Assembly (NCBI GenBank): GCA_030704615.1
Contig: CM060732.1
Span: 9,734,001-9,798,000, forward strand
Direction of reading: 5' to 3'
Length of the DNA: 64,000 nt
DNA from: Takakia lepidozioides
Taxonomy: Eukaryota; Plantae; Bryophyta
Shown: piece by piece, positions 49,342 to 62,506 of the stretch
Position numbering within the stretch: position 1 is the stretch's first letter
How the letters are laid out: each line of letters begins with the position of its first letter
Position numbers and translations under genes: made by a program
The notes under the pieces: model-generated
Database searches by the model: none
What the model was told of the DNA's origin: nothing
What the model saw: only the letters and a program-made list of their open reading frames with translations

Positions 49342-50673
49342 CTATAAGACTCAACTTCAGTGGAGGCATCAGCTTTCTAGTTTTCTCAATTGAGTTCGAA
49401 GAAAATACCAAGGCTATGAAGTTAATTCATGCTGCTGCCATCTGTATATATGATACATTAGTTTTCTATCTATATCGGGCTTGGAGCACGGAAGCGGGCG
49501 GCTGTACCTATGTGATTTCTCACCTCAGTAGCAAATTGAGGTTTGAATTCAGAACAGAATCATTGTCAAGTCGACCAGGCTTTCAGATAATCACTGATTT
49601 GGATTCATTGAGAGAATAGGAGAGAATTCTGATGAGACGGTTACGAAGTGCCTGTAGCGTCGGTCAGGCGAGTTATTGCTAGTATCATTCTTCTTCTCTG
49701 TTCCGTGCATTGGGTCTCCTTATTATACTATAGCAGTGATGATGATGAGTTATTAACATTCACATGAAGATCATATTTTCCAATATGTATCTTGAAGTGG
49801 CAGCCTATATATGGCAATGCAAAGTGTGTATGGCATTTCCACCGGATTAACTAACGATGATGAGGACCTTATTATATACTCCGGTGATGATTCCGATGAG
49901 TTGTTAAATTCCATGAGAATACCACGGATATTAATTGTGGAGATCAGGATAAAGTTGAACATCTCTGTACAGTTCCCTTTTTCCCTTAAAAAAGGAGGAA
50001 GCCCTGAAGTGCATTAAAAAACAACCTCTACAATTGGAGGCATTGAGTATGTAATGGAAGCCTACTCCTGATCGGCTTCATCCCACATACGGTATGTACG
50101 TTCTTCAGCTGATGATTGTTAACAATGTTCACTACAAAGGCCATATCATTAGATGCAGAGATGGGACTTTCTCGCACAAACTGCAGTGAGCTTCAATCTT
50201 CAGATCAGGAGGAAAAACCATTCTTCTAGGGTTCCCACTTACATGTGGTGGGTCCCAAGATGCTCTGCAAGACTTTTGTGGGACTAATAAGTTACTAGAT
50301 TTCAGACCACAAACGCTCGGGGCCGCATCAAAATATGTATTGCACCAACACTGCTGCACATGTACGTTGTATCTTTGTCATGTATCACAACGGCTCTACA
50401 AAAACGGAAAGAAGCGAATCATCATAGCGAACCATATCCACAATTACACAAATCGGGAAAGCAAGAGCATTAGAGTAGTAGGTGGCAGGGCCCCACCAGC
50501 AGAGATCATATCCACCGCAAAGGAAAGAACCACAAAAACTGAAGCAAGGTGGGTCAGATGCCGACAGATATGGGCAGTCTGAGCTGCCTCTGCCATCCCC
50601 ACCGTCCTTTGACTGGCAAGTGCGAGAGACACGGACGCTTCTTGTCCCTGCCTAATCACCCCCTCTACACATA

Positions 50674-51748
50674 ATGTGTTTATTTTTGAAGGGCACCTTA
50701 GACTTGCATTTGCAAGTTTCCTAAAAATTTCGCCCTTCATGTTGAAGGGCTGTAATTTCGATAGCCGTTCTTTTTTTTTGGCGGCCATTCGGCGAAATAT
50801 GTATGTAACATAAAAATAATGTTGCTGTACAATACACTTGAAATGAAAGTCTTTTCACATTCCAGAATTCCACATACGATAAAAGCTATTAGAGAAATTC
50901 AATCTGAATCTATATCCAATGGAACAACTCTACCGTTCTTCATCCCATTCCGAATTTTCGTCAGATTTCGACCTCAAAAAATAAAATGGAATATTTTGTC
51001 ACAAATTCTCTGTTTTTTCATGGATGAAATCGTCAAACTTCTCCAAGTAAAAAATAATTATGGATGAATTTGTCAAATATGGATGATATAAATGGATTAA
51101 AATACAGAGGTGGATGAATTTCAGTGGATGCACAGAATGTATGGCTTTTTTTTGCAAACCTCTGTAACCACTCGTGCTGTTTTCCAAATTTCTTAGAGAA
51201 AAAGCTGGCTCGACGATAAGCTTCACCACGGAGCACGGTAGCCCGCAGGTCACACGGACTAAGAACTTAGAGAGTAGGCCATAGCCATACATTACTCACA
51301 TTTTGCTGCTGGCAGTACACGGTGCAGTGCTAGTGCCCACGCAATGGCAATGGAAATTGGCATACTGGCAAAACTTTGGAATTTGGAACCTCCAATGGCT
51401 ATTGCAACTTGGGGAATGGGTTTAAGCACTTGTACCTTGAGGTTTGAAGTTTGAACCCTTGACTTTTGAGGTTTGAACCCTTCATTATTAAGCACTTGTA
51501 CCTTCAGGTTTGAACCCTTGACTCTTGAGGCTTGAACTCTTCATTATTAAGCACTTGTACCTTGAGGCTTGAACCCTTCATTATTAAATCTAGACTTTCA
51601 TTTGCAAGTTTTATTTTTTTAAAGCCCTTCATGATGAAAGGTTCAGATTTTATCTGGCCTTTCTTTTGAAGGGCCCTGATTTGTTTGCCCTTCCTATGGA
51701 GCATTTTTGCAAGTTGAAGGGCATTGCAGTCTTCAAAAATAAACACTA
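50674..51748. mobile_element. hAT-like MITE with internal tandem repeats (51422-51590)
   Basis: Inverted ends GTGTTTATTTTTGAAG / CTTCAAAAATAAACAC. Three copies of TTAAGCACTTGTACCTT.AGG. TSD not clear. Confidence 0.5.
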
Positions 51749-52297
51749 TTAAACTTCAGACAGTGACACGTTCCCTCACAGTAAGCACCCTACTCCCCTT
51801 CACCCTGCTCTTTGTCACTCATTTGCTTGTTCGGCTGCTGTTTAGTGTTATTCGAGGGTATCTGCACTGTTGCACAGCGTTGGCTAACTAACACCCGCTG
51901 TCTGCTTACTATGTAACTCTTAGGCCCCCGCCGCACCGGGCTGCTAGCGTAAAACACTTGCTAACGGCTTAGCAGGCCCGTTTTCCTAACAGCTGCTCCA
52001 ACTAAAATTATCTCTGCCGCACCGAAAAGTTACCATAACAAAGGTTAGCGCGAAGTTTTAGTTTTAAAGCATCGTTCGCTGCCTGTGCCTGTTTTCCCTC
52101 GCCACGTTTGCTCGCCGTTTCTCCCGGCTCTCCTCCTTCCTGTACGCCATAGCCGAAGGTCGTGGGTCATTTTGAAATGAAGGATGCTCAGTCTCTCTTT
52201 GAAAGATGAAGGTGTTGTCGTTGCTCAGTCTCTTTGAAAGTTTGGTGGGAGGCGGCAATGTTTGGGGTAGTAGTGAGGTTGATGAGTGTGCAATATG

Positions 52298-54350
52298 TTT
52301 TGAGTTGGGAATGAGCTGAGTGGGGATGGCGTTGAACGAGCGTTTCAGCAGAGCGGTACGCTGCAGACTAGAAAGAGCTTCGCAAAGTGATTAGCACCCT
52401 CTACAGGGGAACGTATCCACAACCCTTAGTCGTTGTACGTGATGGATTTTTCAACCCCCAGTGGTATGATGCATTTCTCAACGCCTTAGGACCTGGTGTT
52501 GTTGATGTTATCACACGCCACATTTTTAGTCTTGGACCAGGTTGGCAACTCCCTTTGATTCTTTTTTCCACATTTTGAACGTTGCTGAGAATATTAGGAG
52601 GGAATTTTTGTGCTGTGTGGCTGGAAAAGTTGTTTCAAAAATAAAATATGCAGCCATATGCCATGAAACAAAATGCTGATGCAATGTTAGACATACCAGC
52701 CCTGTCATGACATCAGCTGTCAGTATGTTTCAACAAAATGTTCTCCAAATAAGAGCCCATTGACGTCCAATATGCCACTTGTAATGCTGTAGGACCTGCA
52801 TAGGAGGACTTTGTTACTAGAACTGGTTCTTGGAAGCATGCAAACCACAGCTCTTAGATCTTTCTTTGATTTTTCCGCTGCAGGCATGAAGTGCCTACAC
52901 CATAGTAGAGGTGCATCATTTGAAAGCTTGCAATTTCTTCTTTGTAACCTGAACATAAATACGGTGAAATATTATGCTTCTGGTATTCCACTTATGTGTT
53001 GTCAATATCACTATGCCATAGGAGTTACCCCTCACCTGATGGAGAGGATTCTCAATTCAACATACTCGGATAAGGAGAAACATAATTTCCTAGCACTTCA
53101 GAGAAAACATCAAAGATCTGCACTGTGGGCAGCCACTTGGGTTGGTGAAGCAAGTGGAGCAAATAACAGTGGCCAACACTGTAACAGATGCCTTTGTTAG
53201 CAGTTTCTGGTAAGCTTCACATGCCTCCGCTGTTTTTATTCTTTTTGGTGTCTGCCTGTTTCCCTTACTGTGGTCTAGAGTTAAGAACATCCTTTAAAGA
53301 GGAGAGATCTCATGTACACAGAAAGGACAAACTGACAGATGGACAATAGACAACAAGCCATCTTTACCTTCTCTATGTAGGCTTCTTAGTGGAGGGCATT
53401 TGCCAACTGGTCATATTTGCCGTCTATTCCATGGAGTTTGTTAAAAGCTTTTGTTCTTTCTCTATATCTGGGACTACAATCAATGTATTCTTCTGCCTCT
53501 CTTTGAAGTGAATGAGGATGGAAAACATATGCAGGTATCTGGATCAACTAGCAATGGCTGCATCCTTCAACAATACGGTGTATTGCCGTCAAAGCTTCCT
53601 TGGGGGTTACTACCAGTGCTGGGCGGTTCTCTGGTTTTGGGTGAAAGAACCGCCGGTTCCGGACCTGGGTATATGCCCCCTTAACCTCGGGTATTAAAAT
53701 TTCAAATACCCTAGTCAAGATTGAACCGGCGGATACCAAAATCTATTTACCCGTGAACTTCACCGAACCAGGGGTTCTCTAATAGACCTACGAGTTGGAA
53801 TGAGAGGGGAGGGTAAGGGTAACTGCACCTGACACATACCCTGGGTATAAGGGCGGTTATTTAAGGTTAGCGTGGAAGCCTTGAGGAAGAAGAAGGGTAG
53901 TGAAAATGCTAGAACTGAATGCCAACAGGCCAACATTGCAATCTAGAGGAAGTTTAGTCTTAGTTGTGCTAGAAAATGAGCTTAATTTTTGACAATTGTG
54001 GCCATCTCATACATGCACATTTTTTATTTATTCTGTTCATAATAACTTTTGAACTCGGAACCGGGACTCGGAACCGGGTCATCTCTCGGTTCTCTATACG
54101 GTTCTCTACCCATATACCCGAGCACCGGTGTAAAACATACCTGTGAAAATGTAACTCAGAGATATACCCTGCACCGCAGGTTCTCTAACTGTCCATGTTT
54201 TTAAGTACCCGGCCCCAGAGGTTCTCTATTTACCTTCCACAAGATAGAACCTACCCTGCAGGTTCTACCCAAAACCAGAGAACCGCCCAACACTGGTTAC
54301 TACGGTCTTCTCAATACTACCATTTATGAACCAAATCCAGATTACTGTAG
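52298..54350 (+). pseudogene. Heparanase-like (glycoside hydrolase family 79) gene fragment, 3 exons, frameshifted and MITE-interrupted
   Basis: ELGNELSG; PLVVVRDGFF..GPGVVDVITRHIFSLGPG; WVGEASGANNSG; YLDQLAMAASFNNTVYCRQSFLGGYY|MITE|GLLNTTIYEPNPDY. Confidence 0.85.
53614..54295. mobile_element. hAT MITE with 8-bp TSD GTTACTAC
   Basis: TIR CAGTG(C/T)TGGGCGGTTCTCTGGTTTTGGGT. TSD at 53606-53613 and 54296-54303. Removing it restores the GH79 reading frame. Confidence 0.93.
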
Positions 54351-55689
54351 TAAAATTAACGTCTTGTTACAATGTTATCTCTGCTGCTTTTGCCATTCCA
54401 TGCTGGGAAACTGGCTTTGTTGTTGCAGTAGCTATGGCATAGAGATTGTGAGGTTTGAGACCACAAGCTGTTCATGTTTACTTCCAGTAAAACTGCCGCT
54501 CCTTGGTAGGCAATTCTCCATTTTCAATGAGCATCCTCATCCCAGTCAGGTCGTCAGTTGAGTTGGCTTTGAAGAGGTGAGAGTAGTGGTTCTGTGAGAG
54601 GATTACTATTGATATCTTTAAGATCCAACTGCAAACTATCGGAAAGAGGTAGGTTAATAGTAGCATGGGGAAAGCTTTCAACAAGATAGTTTGGAGACAC
54701 ATTGTAAGAGAGAGAAAGACCACCCTCGTAGGCTTAGCCCAAATTCTGGGTGTCCCCTCTGTGGAACAGAGAGTGGCCAAGAGTAACCGAACTTTGGGTT
54801 GAAGCACTCCACCACACCACACAAGCATTTAAGCACTAACATCATATTTGGTAGAACATCAGCAACTCGTGAGCAGGGTGTGCAGTAAATATGACAGCAC
54901 TTGAAAAGAAAACCCAAGGTTCAGGATATCACAGAAGCAAGGCCCCGTGGACATGCTTGCTAGCTGACCTGAAATTGAAGTACGACATGCTGCACACTGC
55001 AAACTACAAAACACTACAACTACACCACTACAATGATGGAATCTCCAAAGTGTGCACCCATAAGTCAGTGGATTATTGGCTACCAATCACAGAGCTATAA
55101 GCAATTACAAAACCCAACCTATACACAAAGCAAGAGTTGGGATGGCAGAAAAATTTAGTACAGACATGACTGGCTAGCCATGAGGAAGGAATGAATAGCA
55201 GCCTAATTATGTAAATCCCCCACCCATTCTGCACCCCTGCTCTAAGATGTATACATTTGAAATGCCAACTGTGAATTCAAACCAGCCCCGACAACATGGA
55301 ACAATCTCCAGTATTTACTCTAGATTTTGCAATGAAAAGCTTCTGACTTGTTGTGACTTCAATGGTCTTCCGAACAAACGCTTCCATGGGCCAATGACCA
55401 ACGGCACGCCATCTCTCTCCATCTCTCAGGGCTAGAAGCCAACAAAAAGCATTGAGCATTGAAGGGTTAAGTGTAAACATGTTTGAAGCCATGATCACCA
55501 GCAGTGTGGAGACTGCCCCCAAACCCATCAAGTTGGGTACGGTAGAGTCAATGCCAAGAGGCAGTGTGAATGAGTACTCATTCTCTGACAAACACTACTG
55601 TCACTTCTAGAGACCACTTTCTCTCTGTAGAAGGGGCTTGTACAAAGGCAATGCTCTGTTGGCTGTCTTTAAATTTTGTTGGTGTGCAG

Positions 55690-56414
55690 GTTATCAGGTG
55701 TTGACAAAGATACAAAACCTCATGGTACATGTTGAACACGACGCACACAAGGATGGGCTGCTGGTGGATGCAAGCAATCGTTTCTTCACGTTCATACCCA
55801 CTGTTCATCCTACTGTGATCTTCACCGAGCAAATACTTAAGTCCAAGGTTTGACCATACCTGATTGTCATAGGAGAGAGACACATTGACACATATACAGA
55901 TAAGGTCATTGATAACGGTCATTGATAGTCACTTCCATTTCTAGATAGCTGACTTCCAATGACAATGTGAGATATGTTTGGGGAGGATGGCTAGACATGC
56001 CGGATTACTAAGCGGTGATTTGAGCAAGAAATTTGTACGCTGCTCACTAATCTGGGAGAAAGGGGAGGGCTAGAGGAAGGGTGTCAGCTTGGCAAAAAAG
56101 ACAGTAGGAGTAAGACACAATTCTGAGATAGAAGATACAAAACGTTCTTTAGCCATTCCTTGAAAGTTTGCAGCTTCCAGGCATCTTGTTTCAATACCAT
56201 GAAGTGTGATGGCGGATTGAAATGCTAGAAGCTTTCCGGGACATTGAAATAACATCAGAGCTCATCAATTCAAGGGGGGAAGACGCTGAAGAAGACCCCT
56301 TGGATGCAAACTACAAGAAGTTGCAATGTGATATTGTTCCTTTACCTCATGACAGCCCTGACTTTGAGCTGGTGAACAAGTATTTGATGAGAACTCATGC
56401 GCCAACCCACCACG
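55690..56414 (+). pseudogene. PARP1: PARP1 regulatory/catalytic-junction fragment (2 exons: 55690-55847, 56216-56414)
   Basis: GYQVLTKIQNL..LLVDASNRFFTFIPTVHP..KSK | IEMLEAFRDIEI..LDANYKKLQCDIVPLPHDS..KYLMRTHAPTH. The second acceptor is mutated (GG). Confidence 0.85.
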
Positions 56415-58094
56415 GTATGTATCTTAAGAAATTGTGAACAACGACAGCCCAGAAAATGGAACTTAAATTTGAATTCCTGGTCAGCTAGAATATCGATTCC
56501 ATGAGGGTTCCAGGGGGTCTAGCCCTGAATGTTCTGGCATTGTTGTATGCAAAGTACCTGGAGCTTGCAGCCTCTGCAAGTGTAGAAACTGGCTACAATC
56601 CTGTGACGGGGTCCATGTTTAAACTTTGATAGTAATTTGCACATAACACAGTATATGAGCACTACAGAATAGAGTGTTTTGTATATAAAATTGGGCTTGT
56701 ATCCTGTGTATGTTCAATTAAACAAAAAGAACTACTCGGATGTCGTCGTCGGATGCCCTATCCGATGTCGTCGTCGTGGTGGACATGATGCTATGTAGGA
56801 GAGGAACGCGAAGAGGAACTAGAGCAAGAAACAGCACAACAAGAAACAGAAGAATCGACAAAGTTGATGAGCGTGGGCTGTTTCTATGTATGCGAGGAAC
56901 TAGAGCAAGAGGAACGCAAGGAGAAGGGAAGAGCGAAGGAGAAGCAAATGGCGGCGAATGTGAATGGCGAATGACGAAGAATGGCGCGGGCAGCTGCCCA
57001 AAAACGACGCGCTGTTTAGATTTAGCAGGGGGGGGGGCTAGTGCTAAATTCCCTCTAAACTAGGAAGGAAAGTTTTAGGATAGATATCAATAGTTATCGT
57101 TAAAATCTTTTAAACAGGTCAGTGCGGCCGCGATTTTTCATGTAGCAGTAGTTAGGCCCCGCGCAGCAGGCTGGTGCGGCCGGGGCCTTTACTTTAACAC
57201 ATATTCATTGCGTTTTGCTCGACCCACTTGCCACTTACATTGTAGCTAATTACTAACAACTAAAGATAGTTAGGCCTCCCTTTGAATTTTGGGTTGAGAA
57301 TCACGTGGTTTAGGTGATACATTTGGCAGATGTCATCCACATCTGTAATAAGTATGTATATATGTACTTGGTGTTTCAGTTCTTGTCACTGAACTATGTT
57401 ATTTATATCTAAACCCAGATTATGGACTAGGTAGCATTCGAGAGGAGCCCCTGCTACCGGACATAACCGGTTTTTGGGGCAGCGAGCCAGTCACTGTACC
57501 CTTGTACCTACCACCACGTTTTCTATCCATTTGGAGCTGTGATAAGAAGTTTTCATCCCCGCAGCAGGTAAGTAGTTAGTTAAAATCTAGTAGGTCGTAG
57601 AATACCACATATAGCACCCCTCCTCAAATCCAGTAGAAAAACGCCACGTCAGCGAGTCTGCTCTAAAAATCGGTTATGTATTCTACTAGAGCAGCAATCC
57701 GGGAAGTTGGAACTTATCAACGGTGGGTAAGGTAGCCTTGTGCCATTACTGCTAATGCAGCATCTCTAATGAGGTGTCACTGGCAGGTCTAAACATGGCC
57801 CAACCGAACACTGACAGGGATGTTCTTGCACTGTTTCAGTCAAATTTTGGAGTTGTAAGCAGTGTCTAGTGATCAAGGGTGTCTCTCTCTCAACTGGAAT
57901 GCTGTCGCGCGGATGGACATAAATTGTTGCCGTCAAAATTCCCATAATCTTTGTCAATAGGTGTGGACCCGATGCAACTGATCATACTTAAGTTACATAG
58001 TCTTCCAACAAAATAAGTTCAGCAAGTTGGGAACACCCTCCGTGCAAATGAATAATAAGCACCCTCGTTGAAGCCTCCACAAGTGGTTGCCGTG

Positions 58095-59788
58095 TGCCCT
58101 CCTTGCTAAATGGATACCCCGTATTTTTTGTAACCTTCTGGCTCCATGGAGTATTCTAGTATGTAGCCACATTCTTCAATCAACCCCTTCTTCATCTCTA
58201 CTGTGGCCGGCCTCCCTTCGTTGGATCGTGCAAGGTTGTTCTCTGAACAAGATCCCTGGTGTAGGCTCTACAGCTTGGAGATCTATTTGGTCTGCTTGGA
58301 CAGGGACAGTTAACCCTTCACTTGATAATGGCCTACATACGAACCCTCACCTTAGATGGTTTCTCTCGGCCCCGGTCTCCCTTCTGATCCGGGAGAATGG
58401 ATATGGATGGATAAAAAACACAGTCCCTTCTTCTCATACTCGATCAAGATGGGACGCTCTTTACTCCGTCCGGTTAATCTCAGCCAAGTGGTCAGCTAAG
58501 TGGCCTCATTTTGTTTTTCGCCCTCCTCGTGGACTAAGATCTGGGGTGATATCTGGAGAAAAGACAGGTCGGCCAAGTTGAGTGGCTTCCTCTGGAAACT
58601 GGTTAACAGGATTCTGCCAGTCTCAAGTCATTTTGCTGATCCCAATCTGCACTGCAAAGCCTGTAATCTGCAGTTGCCCGAAACGATTGAACATGCTTCT
58701 TTGAATGCCCTTTGGCCAGCAGGGTGTGGTGCTTTGTTCTGTCCTTCTATAGTCCTTGGAAGGCCCTGGTTGCGCCCTCCATCTCTATTCTTCTCTTGAA
58801 TTATGTGAATGGACATCTCTGGTCTGACTGCCCGGTTTGGGCAACTCTCAGAGCCCATACCCTTTGGAATATATGGAAAGCTCGATGCAAGCTCGTCTTT
58901 GATGCAAGGCCGATTTCAGTTAGAGCTGTTCTTTTTGGGTTCATTCAGACTTGTTGTCTGAGGCCAGAAAAGCATGGGGGGTGATTTCTGCAGTTCTTCG
59001 CAGGTGCAGCTCTAGGAGGAGGGATCAACTACTCCTTCAATTTGACAGCACTTGGGCCAGAGGGCATATCATATGCTCAAGATCGCGGGAGTTCGCTGGG
59101 CTGACTCCATCCCTGCAAGCTGGGAGTTCCTTTAGTGCGAGACACTCGCCGGCGGAGGTGGAAGACTCTGAAGTGAATTGGAGGCACAAGAAGTCCTACA
59201 AGAAAACAAGATCTAGGACCCAGCTTTCCTATGAGCCACAGAAAAGGAAGCATGGGAGTTACTAGCTATGGGCTGCGCTCATGTTAAGGCGCTCCCTTGC
59301 CTGTTGCAGTTTAGTTCCTGGGGCCTTTGCTGGTCACCAGGCTGCTCCTGGTCTGGTGGAATTATCAGCTATGTGCTGCGCTGTTGTTAGGAGTTTCTCT
59401 TGCCTGATGCAGTTTAGTTCCTTGGGCCCTTGATGGTCACCAGGCTGCTCCTGGTCTGGTGGAATTATGGGCTATGTGATGCGCTGTTGTTGGGGCTCTC
59501 TCTTGCCTGATGCAGTTTAGTTCCTGGGGCCCTTGCTGGTCATCAGGCTTCCCCTGATCTGGCTCCTCTTCATGCTTAGTTTGATTTATCCATATCCTCC
59601 TTCTGGATTCTCCGCTCTATGTCTTAGAATTTTGGTCTCGAAGCGTTGTCTTCCTGGATCAGCCTCCATGGAGTGGGAGGTTATTTTTTCCTCCCTGTAC
59701 TCTGTCGGCTTTTTGCCTCCTCGTAATAAAATCTAAAGGGCTATAATCCCTTTTCTAAAAAAATTAAAAAAAGAAAAAAGAAAAAAAA
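58095..59788 (+). mobile_element. 5'-truncated L1-type LINE (zf-RVT region, 3' UTR with three ~100-bp tandem repeats at ~59264-59560, poly-A tail)
   Basis: LLAKWIPR..WTKIW..FLWKLVNRILP..CKAC..ETIEH..WNIWKARCKLVF. A-tail at 59757-59788. Degenerate TSD AAGTGGTTGCCG / AGGTGGTTCCA. Confidence 0.85.
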
Positions 59789-60323
59789 GGTGGTTCCATG
59801 CCAGACCGTTCCATTCAGCCCCCTTAAAATCTTGGCACCAATTGCCATGTGGGCCCCTGACATAATAAATGATAATTGATATAAGTTTTAGATGAAGATG
59901 TCAAAATTCATTTCCTTTCCTGACTTACTTTGGATGGAAATCAATAACATTTATCTCATTTAATTTGATTAAAAGGGCCTCTGTCCCTTTGTTTAAAAAA
60001 TAAATAAAAATAGCATTGTGTAAGGCAAGGCCCCTATAAGAAAAGACAAAGGTGTCAGTTAGGGGCCCGCAAAACTCGGTCGCCCATTGTGACGTCAGGG
60101 ATGTCTTTTTGGGCCTCTTAACCCTTAACCGACGAGCTAACTTTTGGCCGTTTTCCCAAAAAGGGGTATATACCCTGCATTGCTGAGCTGTAACTTCCTA
60201 CCCCCTTACATCCAGCTGGATGAACCCATTCATCTCAACAACACTAACTACATGAAGGTCCTCAGGAAATTTCAGCAGTTTTGACCGTTCCATTTAGTAG
60301 ATTATAACAAAAGCAAATTCCCA

Positions 60324-61187
60324 CAATTGAAGCTAAAACTAGCTTGAAAACAACCCTAATTTACAAATTAGGGTTGTTTTCAAGCTAATTGGCAATTCAA
60401 CTGAATTGTAATCTATAATTTTTAACTTTTTCTCTATGTAATATATATAATGTACATATATGTATATATTCAAGTTATACTATACACATATGAGAGTATA
60501 AACTAAAAATACATGTTGCCCGTCTACTCTTGCTGCCCCTCTATCTTGTGCCCCTTAGGGAATCGTGGAGTTGTGAAGCCAGCCTCGGCGAGAGAGGGAG
60601 CTAGAGGGGGAGAGAGATCAGCAGCTTCCTACGATTCACTGGCAAAAGAAACATGGCGGGCTCTGAAAGAAACAGACAAAATCAAACCTAACAATTGATG
60701 AAAGGCTTCATCATGTAGTCCCCTGGCACTAGTATCTCCCCCCAGGACACAACCCTGTTCATCTTATAAATTAATATTGTTTCGATACCCTTACAAAGGT
60801 ATCATGTTGAAGTTGGGATGTGTGTTCCATACAAGTTATCATAGCCATACATTGGCACCAACATCCACAAAGAGGGACAATCCCGCTTTTAGGGCAAGCG
60901 CTTCGTGACTTCCTCTCTTTCTCTCCCTCTCTCGCTCTCTTTATCTCATGCTCAGGCCTTACCACGGGCAGCAAGAATAGACAGACGGGCAGCAAGAATA
61001 GACGGGCAACATGTATTTTCAGCTTATACTTTTGTATGCATATGTATAATTTGAATATATACATATATACATTATATACAGAAATAAGTTAAAAATTATA
61101 GATTACAATTCAATTGAATTGTGTGCCAACAATTCAATTGAATTGCAAATTAGGGTTGTTTTCAAGCTAGTTTTAGCAGTTCAATTG
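60324..61187. mobile_element. Fold-back element with ~200-bp terminal inverted repeats
   Basis: 60324-60540 is the reverse complement of ~60987-61187 (e.g. AAAATACATGTTGCCCGTCTA / TAGACGGGCAACATGTATTTT). Near-perfect 47-bp palindrome at 60340-60386. Confidence 0.75.
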
Positions 61188-61750
61188 AATTGCGTACTTT
61201 TAGGGGGGTGATCAAGTGAATTGCTATGCATTTCACATCAAGGCCTTTTTGGAATTCCCTACGTGCTCGCCCAGTGTACGATGAATTGTGTTTAACTTAG
61301 TTCATCCTCGCAGCAGTTCGTGCGAAAGGGGCCCTGGTCCTGGAATAGGAATCCATGATGCCCAGTTATGATATCTAGCACAAAATTTGAAAGCATTATA
61401 GATTCATCTTCAAGTACATAGGACGGACCGGAAACGAAATAGCAGCCAATGACAAGTGAACTACGAATGCATTGGAGTGGATTCAAGATGACCTTTTTCG
61501 CTTTATTTCTTCATTCAAACTGACTCGAACACTGTCAGCGGCTCACCAAATGCATGTAACAGCACAGATCACCCACGGTCCATTGAACGTACTGAAGAGG
61601 GGATGGAGGTGCATTGACTGCCTCTAATAAATCGGCTGTATGGCCCGCTTCTTTCTTTCTTCATATGCCATGATGTGTTCAGGGGCAGGTCATTGGTCTT
61701 ATACCGACAGTCAAGATAGGCCCCGCAATGCATTACGCGATGCCACTGGG

Positions 61751-62037
61751 CAGTGTTTTTCTTTCTGGCGAAAAATCGCCAAATTTCGACATTGAAACTA
61801 CGTTAGCTACTTGAACAAAGGAATTATGGGGGGTAAAATCTGACTTTTTCGCCAAAAAACAGCAGCAGATAAATTTCAGGGGCCTACTCATGCCGACGTG
61901 GACCAGTTAAACCGTGACACCTGGAATATAGCCACTTTTCTAACTCTGCCACCTCGATATTCTCGCCACATGGGCACTGCGTAGAATTCACAGGTGGCCC
62001 CGCCAGCGATTTTGGAAATATGAAAAAAATAACACTG
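61751..62037. mobile_element. hAT MITE with 8-bp TSD CCACTGGG
   Basis: TIR CAGTGTT(T/A)TTTT. TSD at 61743-61750 and 62038-62045. Confidence 0.9.
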
Positions 62038-62506
62038 CCACTGGGTAACCTGCCACCATCATCCTTACTTTCCCCTGTCGTGTGGCAGGGACCTACCCAA
62101 CAAAATACGTACTCGCAATCTGTAAACTAGGAGTATCGCCATTACAAATTCTGCTTCTCCTTTACTGATGATTGTATAACATGCCATTCATACAAGAAAC
62201 AATTGCATGGACACAGATTTGATTTCACAAACACAGCCCAGTAACTTAGCATCGAGCATATTTCTTCAGGGATAATAAAGAAGCTAGGAAAGATACGACC
62301 TAGCAACTCCCAGTGTCTGTGTCCAGTCACCCTCCCTCCCACCTGAGCTTCCCCTTACGGAAAGGGAAAAAATCCATATGAATATGTTTATTGTATTCGT
62401 GTTCAGGGTTACTGGATCTGATTGAAGGCCTGCCCCTCAGGAATAAAGTTGAGATATGTTGGAATTCGACTTTCACTGACTGGTACATGAATTTTGCACA
62501 TGAAAT

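Larger units (their letters stand above)
51923..57187. mobile_element. PIF/Harbinger-like pack element carrying host gene fragments
   Basis: TIR GGCCCCCGCCGCACC / rc GGCCCCGGCCGCACC, with similarity extending ~100 bp (CCTAAC..CTGCT..GCCGCAC). Flanks TTA / TTT(A). Contains heparanase and PARP1 pieces. Confidence 0.6.
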
